From: an uncultured bacterium
Lineage (GTDB): Bacteria > Krumholzibacteriota > Krumholzibacteriia > Krumholzibacteriales > Krumholzibacteriaceae
DNA length: 64,000 nt
Direction of reading: 5' to 3'
NCBI GenBank assembly: GCA_963786935.1
Contig: CAWBAN010000005.1
Span: forward strand, 64,001 to 128,000
A program made the position numbers and the translations under genes. The notes beneath the pieces were generated by a model, which was not told the origin of the DNA, did not search any database, and worked only from the letters and a program-made list of their open reading frames with translations. Position 1 is the stretch's first letter, and each line of letters begins with the position of its first letter. This document shows, piece after piece, positions 9,880 to 19,557 of this stretch.

Positions 9880-10813
9880 CATCAGGCCGCGCAATCCGTT
9901 TATCGTCATCCCATGGACCTTCGGGCTCTATCTGCTCGTCTACATGAACCAGTACGGCTACTACTGGCTCGGATCGCTCGCGACGGGCGTCTCCTTTGGA
10001 GCCTTGGCGGGAGGCGAGGTGAAGACTCCGACGACGCTGCTCTTGCGCGGCCTCATCGGCGTCACCCTCGGCGTTCCCCTCCTGCTGCTTGCCGTCAGGT
10101 TCCTCTGGCGGAGGCCGTGGAGCTGGCTGTGCATGCGCTTCCGGCCCGGATATCTCGCCGTCGGCGCGGCGCTCGGCGCGGCGGCGGTATTCGTCGCGAT
10201 CGGCTCGCTCGCGGCGCTCGGGCTCGCGCGGATCGCCGCCCGGCCCGAGCGGTTCACGCCGGTCGAGGCAGGCTCCATGCTCATCGGGAGCGGCTGCTGG
10301 GCGTTCTTCGTATCGATGCTCGAGGAAACCGTCTTCCGGGGGATGGCGACGAGGGAATTCGCGCTGCGCTCGGGGTGGCCGGCGGGCGCCGTCGGGGCCG
10401 GGCTGTACTTCGCGGCGATTCATCTGATTGCGATCGCGCCGAAGCTCACCCCGGCGCTCGCTGCCGGGATCCTCGTCGCGGGCACGGCGGCCAGCGTCCT
10501 CTTCGCCGCTCTGTTCGTTAGGAGCCGATCGCTGTGGCTGCCGATCGGCTTCCACGCGGGCTGGAATTTTGCGCTCTCGGCGATCCTCGGCACGACGATG
10601 AGCGGGAAGACGCAGGGCTTCGGCCTGTTCGAGGTGGAGCTCTCGGGTCCCGCGTTCCTCACCGGCGGCCGGTTCGGTATCGAGATGTCCGCGATTTCCG
10701 TGGCGCTGACGCTGGCGGCCGCCGCGATCGTTCTCCGTGTCCGGCGGGGGAGAGGGATGGAGCCGTTGTCGAGCGGTTCGGAATGTCGCTACGAACGAAG
10801 GGAGAAACTATGA
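9863..10813 (+). CDS. CPBP/CAAX (Abi) intramembrane metalloprotease
   Basis: EETVFRG, FAAIH, SLWLPIGFHAGWN; multiple TM helices. Confidence 0.88.
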   Translation: MNGFNDIRPRNPFIVIPWTFGLYLLVYMNQYGYYWLGSLATGVSFGALAGGEVKTPTTLLLRGLIGVTLGVPLLLLAVRFLWRRPWSWLCMRFRPGYLAVGAALGAAAVFVAIGSLAALGLARIAARPERFTPVEAGSMLIGSGCWAFFVSMLEETVFRGMATREFALRSGWPAGAVGAGLYFAAIHLIAIAPKLTPALAAGILVAGTAASVLFAALFVRSRSLWLPIGFHAGWNFALSAILGTTMSGKTQGFGLFEVELSGPAFLTGGRFGIEMSAISVALTLAAAAIVLRVRRGRGMEPLSSGSECRYERREKL

Positions 10814-11250
10814 GAATGCTCACCGTCGGCGCGCTCTTTATGGTCATCGCCTGCGCGGCTTCCGCGAGCTGCGCGTCTCGGGCGGCCGCCTCCGATCCGG
10901 CCGCGGCCGGTCGAGACGCCGTTTCATCGCTCCAGAAGCTCGATTCGGTGGAAATGCCGGCGTGGAGCCTCCATTTCGGGATCTGCCGCTATCCGGGACT
11001 CAACGATTTGCAGAAGGCGAAGGAGAAGATTCGGCGGCTGCAGAGGGATATCGAGAGACGGGAGCGTTCGATAGCGGCAAAGCGCGCCGAAATGGAACGG
11101 ATACTGGCCGACAACGCCGAAAGCCGCGAAGAGAGCCTGTTCCTGCTCGGCCTCTACGGCCGGAGCACGTGCGTGAAGGACTTCGCTCTGATCTGCGACG
11201 AGAAGAGCATCCTGTGGGGCGCCGTCAAATGGGGCAAGCGCCGCCCATAG
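10810..11250 (+). CDS. Hypothetical exported protein/lipoprotein with coiled coil
   Basis: GGAG RBS, ATGA overlap with the CPBP stop, hydrophobic N-terminus with Cys (ASASC). Confidence 0.55.
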   Translation: MRMLTVGALFMVIACAASASCASRAAASDPAAAGRDAVSSLQKLDSVEMPAWSLHFGICRYPGLNDLQKAKEKIRRLQRDIERRERSIAAKRAEMERILADNAESREESLFLLGLYGRSTCVKDFALICDEKSILWGAVKWGKRRP

Positions 11251-11398
11251 CCCCGGTGCTGCGTTCCGTTCGAACATCCCTGCGCGGCTGCGCATCCTCG
11301 CCGATCATCAGTTGCGCCGATACGGGGAAAGCATTACTATCTGCTTCGCCATGACAATCGAGGAATCTTTCTCGCGTGCGCGTATCGCGCGCTGAGGC

Positions 11399-11743
11399 AT
11401 GATGTACGAACATCGAAGCGAACCATTGCTGCCGCGGGCGCTCTTTCTGCGCCGGCTCTTGAGGCACGGCCTCGTCGCCGCCGTCGTGATCGTCTGCTCG
11501 CTCGCCGTCGGCATACTCGGCTATCGCTTCACGGCGGGGCTTTCGTGGATCGATTCCCTGCTCAACGCCTCGATGATCCTCGGCGGGATGGGACCGGTGA
11601 ATCCCCTGACCACGGCCGCGGCCAAGCTGTTCGCGTCGTTCTACGCGCTCTTCGCGGGGATCGCGTTCCTCGCGACCGTCGGAATCTTCAGCGCGCCCAT
11701 CGCGCACCGGATCCTCCATCGACTGCACCTGGAGAAAGGGTAG
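11399..11743 (+). CDS. Small two-TM membrane protein (ion-channel pore-like segment)
   Basis: TM-WIDSLLNASMILGGMGP-TM arrangement. Confidence 0.6.
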   Translation: MMYEHRSEPLLPRALFLRRLLRHGLVAAVVIVCSLAVGILGYRFTAGLSWIDSLLNASMILGGMGPVNPLTTAAAKLFASFYALFAGIAFLATVGIFSAPIAHRILHRLHLEKG

Positions 11744-11755
11744 CGTGACGGCGCC

Positions 11756-12454
11756 GTGACGATGACGATCAGGGAGAATCTCGATCGCGTCCGCGAACGC
11801 ATCGCCGCCACCGCCGCCCGCGCCGGGCGCGACCCGGCCGCGATCGCGATCGTCGCCGTCACGAAGACGCACGGCCCCGATGTCGTCACAGCGGCGATCG
11901 AGGCCGGCATCGCCGACGTCGGCGAGAACAAGGTGCAGGAGTTCCTCGCGAAGGCTCCCGACGTGAAGCTCCCGTGCCGCTGGCATCTCGTGGGGCATCT
12001 CCAGACGAACAAGGTCGCCAAGGTTATCGGACGGTTCGCGCTCATTCAGTCGGTGGACTCGGCGCGCCTCGCCGAGCACCTGAGCGCCGCGGGCGCGCGC
12101 GCCGGCGTCGCGACCGACGTCCTCCTCGAGGTGAACACGAGCGGGGAGGAGTCGAAGTTCGGGCTCGCGCCCGATGAAACGTCGAGCATCTGTGCGGAAA
12201 TCGCCACGCTCCCGAATCTCAATATCCGCGGGCTCATGACGGTGGGCCCGCTCGTGGACGACGCAGCCGCGGTCGGCGCCGCCTTCATGAGGCTCCGGCG
12301 TCTCAAGGAGGAGATCGAGGCCGCTCGCATCGGAAACGTTTCGATGGAGCATCTCTCCATGGGCATGACGGACGACTTCGAGATCGCGATAGCGGAGGGC
12401 TCGACGATGGTCCGGCTCGGGCGCGTGCTCTTCGGCGGACGCGCGGCCGGGTGA
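11756..12454 (+). CDS. yggS: YggS/PLPBP pyridoxal-phosphate homeostasis protein
   Basis: VAVTK, GENKVQE, WHLVGHLQTNK, LSMGMTDDF, GSTMVRLG. Confidence 0.95.
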   Translation: MTMTIRENLDRVRERIAATAARAGRDPAAIAIVAVTKTHGPDVVTAAIEAGIADVGENKVQEFLAKAPDVKLPCRWHLVGHLQTNKVAKVIGRFALIQSVDSARLAEHLSAAGARAGVATDVLLEVNTSGEESKFGLAPDETSSICAEIATLPNLNIRGLMTVGPLVDDAAAVGAAFMRLRRLKEEIEAARIGNVSMEHLSMGMTDDFEIAIAEGSTMVRLGRVLFGGRAAG

Positions 12455-12537
12455 CAGGAAAACGGACACCGCGCGGGGGCGGTCCGTCCGGCGGCCGGCG
12501 CCGGCCGCGAATATAATGTATTGAAAAGGCGTGAATT

Positions 12538-12795
12538 ATGGGCTATTTTGTGGGTGACGGAGTTGGTCTTATAATTGCTTCTCTCAACACGGCGACATTC
12601 ATTACGCTCGTGTACGTGTTCTTGAAGGCGGTCGAGCCACGAAGCCGATTGTTCCACGCGCTCGAAAAAATCTACGGGCCGCTCCTCGCTCCCCTGAGAA
12701 GGATCCTGCCCGCGTGGAGCCTCGACGTCGCTGCATTGATATTCGCCGCCATTCTGCAGGCAGCAGCGTTCGGAATTAAACAGTACCGGCTGTAA
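12538..12795 (+). CDS. yggT: YggT family membrane protein
   Basis: PLLAPLRRILP...LDVA motif; lies between yggS and divIVA. Confidence 0.8.
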   Translation: MGYFVGDGVGLIIASLNTATFITLVYVFLKAVEPRSRLFHALEKIYGPLLAPLRRILPAWSLDVAALIFAAILQAAAFGIKQYRL

Positions 12796-12816
12796 CCGGT
12801 TCCAGGAGGCAGTTCG

Positions 12817-14073
12817 ATGAGAGTCACGCCGCTCGATATCAGGAAGCAGGAATTCAAGAAGGGCATGCGCGGTCTCGACGCCGAAGAGGTGTACGCGTTC
12901 CTCAACACGATCGCCGACGAATACGAGGCCGTGCTCTCCGATAACAAGAATCTGCGCGAGCGACTCGTCGCTCTCGAGGAGCGCCTCAACGAGTTCAAGT
13001 CGATCGAGACGAATCTGCGGAACACGCTCCTCACCGCGGAGAGGCTCACGGCCGAGGCGAAGGAGAACGCGCGCCGCGAGGCGAGCCTCCTCATCCGCGA
13101 GGCCGAGGTGGAGGCGGAGAAGTCGGCGGAGATGATCCGCGCCCATGTGAGCCAGCTCCGCCGCGAGGTCCTCGAGCTCAAGAAAAACAAGGATAACTAC
13201 ATGACGCGTCTCAAGACGCTTCTCGACAGCCACCGGAAGATGCTCGACGGGTTCCAGGAGGATTTCGCGCCGGTCGATCAGGAGATCGAGAAGATCGGCC
13301 AGCAGGTCGAGAACGACGCGAAGAAACCGAGCGGCCCTCCGCGCATGAACCGCGACAAGATCACCGAGGAGTTCGGCCAGGCGCCGAAGGACAAGGTCAC
13401 GTGGGGAGAGGAGCGCAGGCGCGAGGACGAGCCGCGGCCGCAGATGCCGAGGCCCGGATTCGAGCCGCGCGAGAATCCCCATCAGAAGGCGAAGCCTCCC
13501 GAAGATCTGAGCGTATTCGCCGAGCCGGCGTCGAGGCCTGCCCAGCAGTCGTTCATCGAGCCTCTCGGAGCGACGATCGCCGAGCCCGCGGCCGGCCCCG
13601 CGCAGCGGGTGCAGACCGCTCCGCCGCCGCAGGCGCAGAGCGAGCCTCCGAGAACGCAGGACGGCTGGAGGCAGTACGAAGTGCGCGAGCAGCCGACCGA
13701 CTGGAAGAGCTACGAGATCCAGGGACAGCGCCCGCCGCAGAATCAGCAGGCCGGGCCGCAAGCGCCCGCGCAGAGGCCGGCGCAGCAGCAGCCCCCGCAG
13801 CCGGCGGCGGCCCTCCGGGTCGATGATGTCGATTTCGAGAACGCGCTCTCGAGCTTGAAAGAGGTCGCGGGCGTCACCGAAAGCGCTCCTCCGCGCAGGG
13901 ATGCCGCGCCGATGCCGCCCCAATCGTCGCCCCAGGCGCCGGCGCCCCCGGCGGCCCCCCCGCAGGCGAGCGCGAATATGAACGGGAACATGAATGCCGA
14001 AGCGGCATGGTCGATGGAGGATCTCCGGAAGAACCTGACCAACTTCACGAAGAATGAAGGAAATCAAGGATAG
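12817..14073 (+). CDS. divIVA: DivIVA domain protein with long Pro/Gln-rich C-terminal extension
   Basis: VTPLDIRKQEFKKGMRGLDAEEVYAFL N-terminus followed by coiled coil; GGAGG RBS. Confidence 0.9.
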   Translation: MRVTPLDIRKQEFKKGMRGLDAEEVYAFLNTIADEYEAVLSDNKNLRERLVALEERLNEFKSIETNLRNTLLTAERLTAEAKENARREASLLIREAEVEAEKSAEMIRAHVSQLRREVLELKKNKDNYMTRLKTLLDSHRKMLDGFQEDFAPVDQEIEKIGQQVENDAKKPSGPPRMNRDKITEEFGQAPKDKVTWGEERRREDEPRPQMPRPGFEPRENPHQKAKPPEDLSVFAEPASRPAQQSFIEPLGATIAEPAAGPAQRVQTAPPPQAQSEPPRTQDGWRQYEVREQPTDWKSYEIQGQRPPQNQQAGPQAPAQRPAQQQPPQPAAALRVDDVDFENALSSLKEVAGVTESAPPRRDAAPMPPQSSPQAPAPPAAPPQASANMNGNMNAEAAWSMEDLRKNLTNFTKNEGNQG

Positions 14074-14350
14074 CGGCGCCGGGCGCATCCGGTTCCGCGT
14101 CAGGGTGCAACCATCAGCCCCTCGCAGCGAGCTCCTCGGCTGGAACGCAGCCGGGGAGCTTCGTATTAAAGTGGCCGCCCCTCCGCGCGAAGGCGAGGCG
14201 AACGGGGAGCTCGTTCGATTTCTCGCGAAGCGTTTCTCGCTCCCGCGGCGCGAGATCGTCGTGGAGTCGGGGGAAAAATCGAGGACGAAGACGCTCTCCG
14301 CGCCCGCCGCGCTCGCGGCCGAGCTTCGAGAAATTCCCGACATCGGCTAG
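14054..14350 (+). CDS. DUF167 (YggU) family protein
   Basis: VRVQP...APPREGEANGEL...SGEKSRTK. Confidence 0.88.
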   Translation: MKEIKDSGAGRIRFRVRVQPSAPRSELLGWNAAGELRIKVAAPPREGEANGELVRFLAKRFSLPRREIVVESGEKSRTKTLSAPAALAAELREIPDIG

Positions 14351-14568
14351 ATTGCAGGGGCCGGGGCGTATCGGATCCGGGGGGATCGCGGCGCCGCGGT
14401 CTATGTGCCATGCCTCTCGAGGAGCTTCGCGAGGCGCTGCTCGTAGCGGGGATTCAGGAGCCGCCGCTCCGGGCCGCCCGAAACGCCGGGGAGCGGATCT
14501 CTTTGGTGTTGATTCCCTCGTGCCGGCTAGGCTACCCTGTCGATTGTCGCGTCATGAAAGGGGTTTCC

Positions 14569-15393
14569 GTGGCTGCGTTGTTCGATCGAATCAAGGAAAG
14601 CGCCTCGTATATCAGGCGCGTCGACGGAACGAAGCCGTCGTTCGGGATCATCCTCGGAAGCGGGCTCGGCGGTCTCGCGAAGAAGATCAAGGTCAAGGCC
14701 GCCGTTCCCTACGAAGACATCCCAAATTTCCCCGTCTCGACGGTGAAGGGGCTCCATGCGGGGAATCTCATCCTCGGGGAGCTTGCGGGGAAGCACGTCG
14801 TCGCGATGGAGGGGCGTGTCCACTACTACGAGGGGTACACCCTCGAGCAGGTCACGTTTCCCATCCGCGTCATGAAGGCGCTCGGCGCCCGCTCGCTCAT
14901 CATCACCTCGGCGGTCGGCGCGATGAACCCGCTGCTCGATCCGGGGGACGTCGTCGCGGTGACCGACCACATCAATCTCATGGGGGACAACCCGCTCATC
15001 GGTCCGAACGACGAGCGCCTCGGGCCCCGGTTCCCCGACATGAGCGAGCCGTACTGCCGCGCCTATATCGAGCTCCTCGAGAGCGTCGCGCTCGACGTGA
15101 AGGTCGCGCTCAGGCGCGGCGTGCTCGTCGCCCTCGCCGGCCCGAACCTCGAGACGGCCGCCGAGTATCGCTTCCTCCGCCGCATCGGCGCCGACGTCGT
15201 CGGGATGTCGATGGTGCCCGAGACGATCGTCGCGGTGCACGGCGGCATGAAGGCGCTCGGGATCGCGGTCGTCACGGACAAGGCGACGCCCGACTGCCTC
15301 GAGCCGGTGAACATCGCGCAGATCCTCGCGACGGCGAAGCGGGGGGAGGCCAAGCTCACGAAGCTCGTGGGAGAGTTCCTGCGGCGGATTTGA
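14569..15393 (+). CDS. Purine-nucleoside phosphorylase (PNP/MTAP family)
   Basis: ILGSGLG, GRVHYYEGY, GPNLETAAE, GADVVGMS. Start is GTG 14569 or ATG 14554. Confidence 0.92.
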   Translation: MAALFDRIKESASYIRRVDGTKPSFGIILGSGLGGLAKKIKVKAAVPYEDIPNFPVSTVKGLHAGNLILGELAGKHVVAMEGRVHYYEGYTLEQVTFPIRVMKALGARSLIITSAVGAMNPLLDPGDVVAVTDHINLMGDNPLIGPNDERLGPRFPDMSEPYCRAYIELLESVALDVKVALRRGVLVALAGPNLETAAEYRFLRRIGADVVGMSMVPETIVAVHGGMKALGIAVVTDKATPDCLEPVNIAQILATAKRGEAKLTKLVGEFLRRI

Positions 15394-15428
15394 TGCGGGG
15401 AACGCGGCCGCGCCCGCGATGATCGGGC

Positions 15429-15468
15429 AAAAAAAGGGCGCCGGAGAATCTCTTCCCCGGCGCCCTTT
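15429..15468. terminator. Bidirectional intrinsic terminator between convergent genes
   Basis: A7-GGGCGCCGG-loop-CCGGCGCCC-TTT. Confidence 0.8.
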
Positions 15469-15498
15469 GCTGTCATCGAGCCTCAGCTCGGGCTGCGA

Positions 15499-15795
15499 CT
15501 AGTAGCGTTCCCCGCCGCCGAAGCCGCCCGGTCTCCTCGGCTTGTCCTCGCGGGACGTGGCCTCGCTGATCTTGAGGGCGCGGCCGTCGACGTTCTTGCC
15601 GTTGAGCTCGGCGATCGCCTTATCGGCCTCCGCCACGTTCTCCATCTCGACGAAACCGAAACCCCTCGAGCGGTCCGTGTACTTGTCCTTGATGACGCTC
15701 GCGGAATTGACGGTGCCGAAGGGCGTGAAGATCTTGTTCAACTGTTCGTCGTTCGTATCGAATGACAGGTTGCCTACGTAAATTTTCTTAGCCAT
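15499..15795 (-). CDS. RRM (RNP-1) RNA-binding protein
   Basis: IYVGNLS (RNP2), RGFGFVEM (RNP1), Gly-rich tail. Confidence 0.95.
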   Translation of the reverse strand: MAKKIYVGNLSFDTNDEQLNKIFTPFGTVNSASVIKDKYTDRSRGFGFVEMENVAEADKAIAELNGKNVDGRALKISEATSREDKPRRPGGFGGGERY

Positions 15796-16224
15796 TGTCT
15801 TAAAATCCTTTCACTGACTGATAACTGACATTGTGAATTGAGCTGCTGTCCCGTGATTCCTTAAATCAAATGAGCTTCACCTCTCCCGTATCCGAAATTC
15901 CCATTGTTCTTTCCCGATGGCGCTCGACGCGGCTCACCCGGAAGACGTACCACAAGATCTCTGTCGATTGGAACTTGTCCCTGGATTAATAAGGTAGGAT
16001 TGTACCGTATTGATGGGGGCCTGACATCGAGGCGATCTTGGATTCCAAACTGCTCTGTGCTATCGAATGCTCCTTCAGCAAATGTATCACTGGCGCAATA
16101 TATCACGATCCTTTGCATAAAGCGAGCACAATTTCACTTTTTTCAATAATTCATTGCGGCGGCCCGCTTCCGGCGGCAGCTCGAGGAACGCCCCGCGACG
16201 TCATTGGCGCGTGAGAGAGCACTA

Positions 16225-16253
16225 TTGACAGAGAGCGCCGTTTTCTATATAAG
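16225..16253 (+). promoter_or_regulatory. Sigma-70-like promoter for ileS
   Basis: TTGACA-N17-TATAAG. Confidence 0.6.
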
Positions 16254-16387
16254 GTAGTGTTCAAGCTTGGCAGGCGATTAACCCCGCGCGTACCAGAGAG
16301 CATGGCACGGGGTTATCGTGTTATATGCCCGCCAGCGTGCGGGCGGCGTCCCGAGCCCGGCATCGATGCCGGGCTGAAGGCTCGACA

Positions 16388-19300
16388 ATGGCAGAAAAAC
16401 AGGCAACGAGAAGTCACTATCCCGAGCTCTCTCCCTTCGCCGAGGCCACGAAGCTCGAAGCCGATATCCTCGCCTTCTGGGAGGCGAACCGCATCTTCGA
16501 GCGCAGCATCGAGGAGCGCCCCGCGTCGAGCCCCTTCGTGTTCTACGAAGGGCCGCCGACGGCGAACGGGCGCCCCGGAGTGCACCACGCCCTTTCGCGC
16601 ACGATCAAGGATCTCGTCTGCCGCTACCAGACGATGAAGGGGCACCGCGTCGTCCGCAAGGCCGGCTGGGACACGCACGGCCTTCCCGTCGAGATCGAGG
16701 TGGAGCACCAGCTCGGCCTCGACGGCAAGGACCAGATCGAGCACTACGGCGTCGCCGCGTTCAACGAGCAATGCCGGAAGAGCGTCTTCAAATATCTCGA
16801 CGAATGGCTCGACTTCACGAAGAAGCTCGGCTTCTGGCTCGATCTCGACGACCCGTACATCACCTTCAAGAACGACTACATCGAATCGGTCTGGTGGATT
16901 CTCAAGCAGTTCTGGGATCAGGACATGCTCTTCGAGGGGCACAAGATCGTCCCGTACTGCCCGAGATGCGGCACGTCGCTCTCGAGCCACGAGGTCTCGC
17001 AGGGGTACGCCGACGTGCAGGATCCCTCGATTTTCATCAAGCTCAAGCTCGTCGACGAGGACGCCTATTTCCTCGTCTGGACGACGACGCCGTGGACGCT
17101 CATCTCGAACGTAGCGCTCGCGGTCGGGCCCGATCACGACTACGTGCGCGTCCGCAACAAGGGGGATGTGCTCATTCTCGCCGAGGCGCTCGTCAACGTC
17201 CTCGACGGCGACACTGAGACTCTCGGCCCGGCGATGAAGGGGCGCGATCTCATCGGCAAGCGCTACGAGCCGTGCTTCCCGTTCTTCGACAAGATGGTCG
17301 ACGCATTCCGCGTCATCGGGACGGACTTCGTTTCGCTCGAGGACGGCACCGGCATCGTGCACATGGCCCCCGCGTTCGGCGAGGACGACTACAACGCCGG
17401 GAAGGCCGAGAATCTCCCGATGATCCAGCCCGTCGACGAGACGGGGCGGTTCACGCCCGAGGTGACGCCGTGGGCGGGGCAGTTCATCAAGGACGCCGAT
17501 CCCGAGATCATCACCGATCTCAAGAAGCGCGGCATCCTCTACCGGAGCGGGAAGATCACCCACTCCTACCCGTTCTGCTGGCGCTGCAGATCGCCCCTCA
17601 TCTACTACGCGCGCCGCTCGTGGTACATCAAGACGACCGCCTTCAAGGATCTCCTCCTCGAGGCGAATTCGAAGGTGCAGTGGTTCCCGCCCGAGGTGGG
17701 GGAGAACCGCTTCACCGCGTGGCTCGAGGGGAACGTCGACTGGGCGCTCTCGCGCGAGCGCTACTGGGGCACGCCGCTCAACATCTGGACGTGCGAGTCG
17801 TGCAAGGAGCGGTTCTGCATCGGCTCCGTCGAGGAGCTCCGCTCGATCGCCGAAGCGTTCCCCGAGGAGTACGATCTCCATAAGCCGTTCATCGACGACC
17901 TCGACGTCGGCTGCCCCGAGTGCGGCGGCAAGATGAATCGCGTGCCGGAAGTGATCGACTGCTGGTTCGATTCGGGCTCGATGCCGTTCGCGCAGTATCA
18001 TTACCCGTTCGAGAACATGGACCTCTTCAAGGGCCAGTATCCGGCCGAGTTCATCAGCGAGGGGGTCGAGCAGTCGCGGGGATGGTTCTATTCGCTCCTC
18101 GTGATCGGCGCCTTCCTCACGAAGCAGAGCCCGTACAAGCGCTGTCTCCCGCACGGGCTCGTGCTCGATGCGGCGGGGCAGAAGATGAGCAAATCGCGCG
18201 GCAACGCCGTCTCGGCGAGCGACGTCCTCGCCTCGGACGGCGCCGACGCGCTCCGCTGGTATATCCTCACGAGCGGCTCGCCGTGGCTCCCGAAGAAGTT
18301 CGATCTCGCGTCGCTCCGCGACGCGGCCAACCGGTTCCTCGGCTCGATCAGGAACCTTTATAACTTCTTCTCGATGTACGCGGAGATCGACGGATTCGCG
18401 CCCCGCGGGGACGTGAAGAGCTCGAACCTCCTCGATCGCTGGATCCTCTCGCGGTACAACACGACCGTGCGCGAGGTCGGCGACATGCTCGACCGCTACG
18501 AGCTGACCCGCGCCGCGCGCGCGATCCAGGCATTCGTCATCGACGAGCTCTCGAACTGGTATCTGCGCCGCAGCCGCCGGCGTTTCTGGAAGAACGAGAT
18601 GTCGGACGACAAGCTCGCCGCGTACGAGACGTTCCACCGGGTGCTCGAGGGGCTCATGCGCCTCTCGGCGCCGTTCGTCCCGTTCCTCGCGGACGCCGTG
18701 TACCGGCGGCTCGGGGGCTCGAAGGAGAGCGTGCACCTCGATCTCTTCCCGACGGTCGACGAATCGGCCATCGACGCCGCCCTCGAGAAAAAGATGGCGG
18801 GCGTGCTGAAGACGGTCTCGGTCGGCCATGCCATCCGCAACAGCGCGCAGGTCAAGGTGCGCACGCCGCTCGCCGAGATCTTCATCCACAGCCCCTACCC
18901 GACCGAGACGGAGTGGCTCGCCGGGGAGGAGTTCGCGTTTCTCGTCAGGGACGAACTCAACATAAAGAAAGCGACGCTCGTTGCCGACCCGGGAGTATAT
19001 GTAAAATATAGAGTTAAGGCTGATTTTGCGAAGCTCGGCAAGCGATTCGGAAAGAGTATGAAAGAGGCGGCCGCGCTGCTCGAGAAGCTGGACGCCGCGA
19101 GCGTAAAGGCGCTCCTCTCCACAGGGGAGACTTCCATAGAACTTGCTGGCAAAAAAGAGGTTATAACGAAGGAAGAGGTACAAATCCTGCAAGAGACGCA
19201 GGAAGGCTTCGTCGCGGGATCGGACGGAGACCTCACGGTCATTGTGGATACGCGCCTCACGCCGGAGCTTCTCAAGGAAGGGACGGCCCGTGAGATCGTC

Positions 19301-19528
19301 AACCGCATCCAGAATCTCCGGAAGGAATCCGGTCTCGAGGTGAGCGACCGCATCGCGCTCTCGTGCCGCGCCCCCGAGGAAGTTTCTGTTGTGCTGCGTG
19401 AGTTTGGTGAGCATATTTGCATGGAAACGCTCGCCGAGCGGCTCGAAGAGGGAGAGAAAGACTGGCCGTTTACAACTGATTTCAAGGCCGGCGAGCATTC
19501 GGTCAAGCTGTGGATCAAACGGCTCTAA
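16388..19528 (+). CDS. ileS: Isoleucine--tRNA ligase (IleRS type 2-like)
   Basis: EGPPTANG.PGVHH, GWDTHGLP, WTTTPWTL, DWALSRERYWG, KMSKS, SNWYLRRSRRRFW. Confidence 0.97.
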   Translation: MAEKQATRSHYPELSPFAEATKLEADILAFWEANRIFERSIEERPASSPFVFYEGPPTANGRPGVHHALSRTIKDLVCRYQTMKGHRVVRKAGWDTHGLPVEIEVEHQLGLDGKDQIEHYGVAAFNEQCRKSVFKYLDEWLDFTKKLGFWLDLDDPYITFKNDYIESVWWILKQFWDQDMLFEGHKIVPYCPRCGTSLSSHEVSQGYADVQDPSIFIKLKLVDEDAYFLVWTTTPWTLISNVALAVGPDHDYVRVRNKGDVLILAEALVNVLDGDTETLGPAMKGRDLIGKRYEPCFPFFDKMVDAFRVIGTDFVSLEDGTGIVHMAPAFGEDDYNAGKAENLPMIQPVDETGRFTPEVTPWAGQFIKDADPEIITDLKKRGILYRSGKITHSYPFCWRCRSPLIYYARRSWYIKTTAFKDLLLEANSKVQWFPPEVGENRFTAWLEGNVDWALSRERYWGTPLNIWTCESCKERFCIGSVEELRSIAEAFPEEYDLHKPFIDDLDVGCPECGGKMNRVPEVIDCWFDSGSMPFAQYHYPFENMDLFKGQYPAEFISEGVEQSRGWFYSLLVIGAFLTKQSPYKRCLPHGLVLDAAGQKMSKSRGNAVSASDVLASDGADALRWYILTSGSPWLPKKFDLASLRDAANRFLGSIRNLYNFFSMYAEIDGFAPRGDVKSSNLLDRWILSRYNTTVREVGDMLDRYELTRAARAIQAFVIDELSNWYLRRSRRRFWKNEMSDDKLAAYETFHRVLEGLMRLSAPFVPFLADAVYRRLGGSKESVHLDLFPTVDESAIDAALEKKMAGVLKTVSVGHAIRNSAQVKVRTPLAEIFIHSPYPTETEWLAGEEFAFLVRDELNIKKATLVADPGVYVKYRVKADFAKLGKRFGKSMKEAAALLEKLDAASVKALLSTGETSIELAGKKEVITKEEVQILQETQEGFVAGSDGDLTVIVDTRLTPELLKEGTAREIVNRIQNLRKESGLEVSDRIALSCRAPEEVSVVLREFGEHICMETLAERLEEGEKDWPFTTDFKAGEHSVKLWIKRL

Positions 19529-19557
19529 CGCGTCGATCGTTCAAGGAGAATTCGGAC

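Noticed and set aside
15861..16149. Short ORFs on both strands of the RRM upstream region
   Set aside because: Atypical composition, no RBS and no motifs.
16254..16387. Possible T-box leader before ileS
   Set aside because: Leader is too short, with no T-box consensus or terminator.
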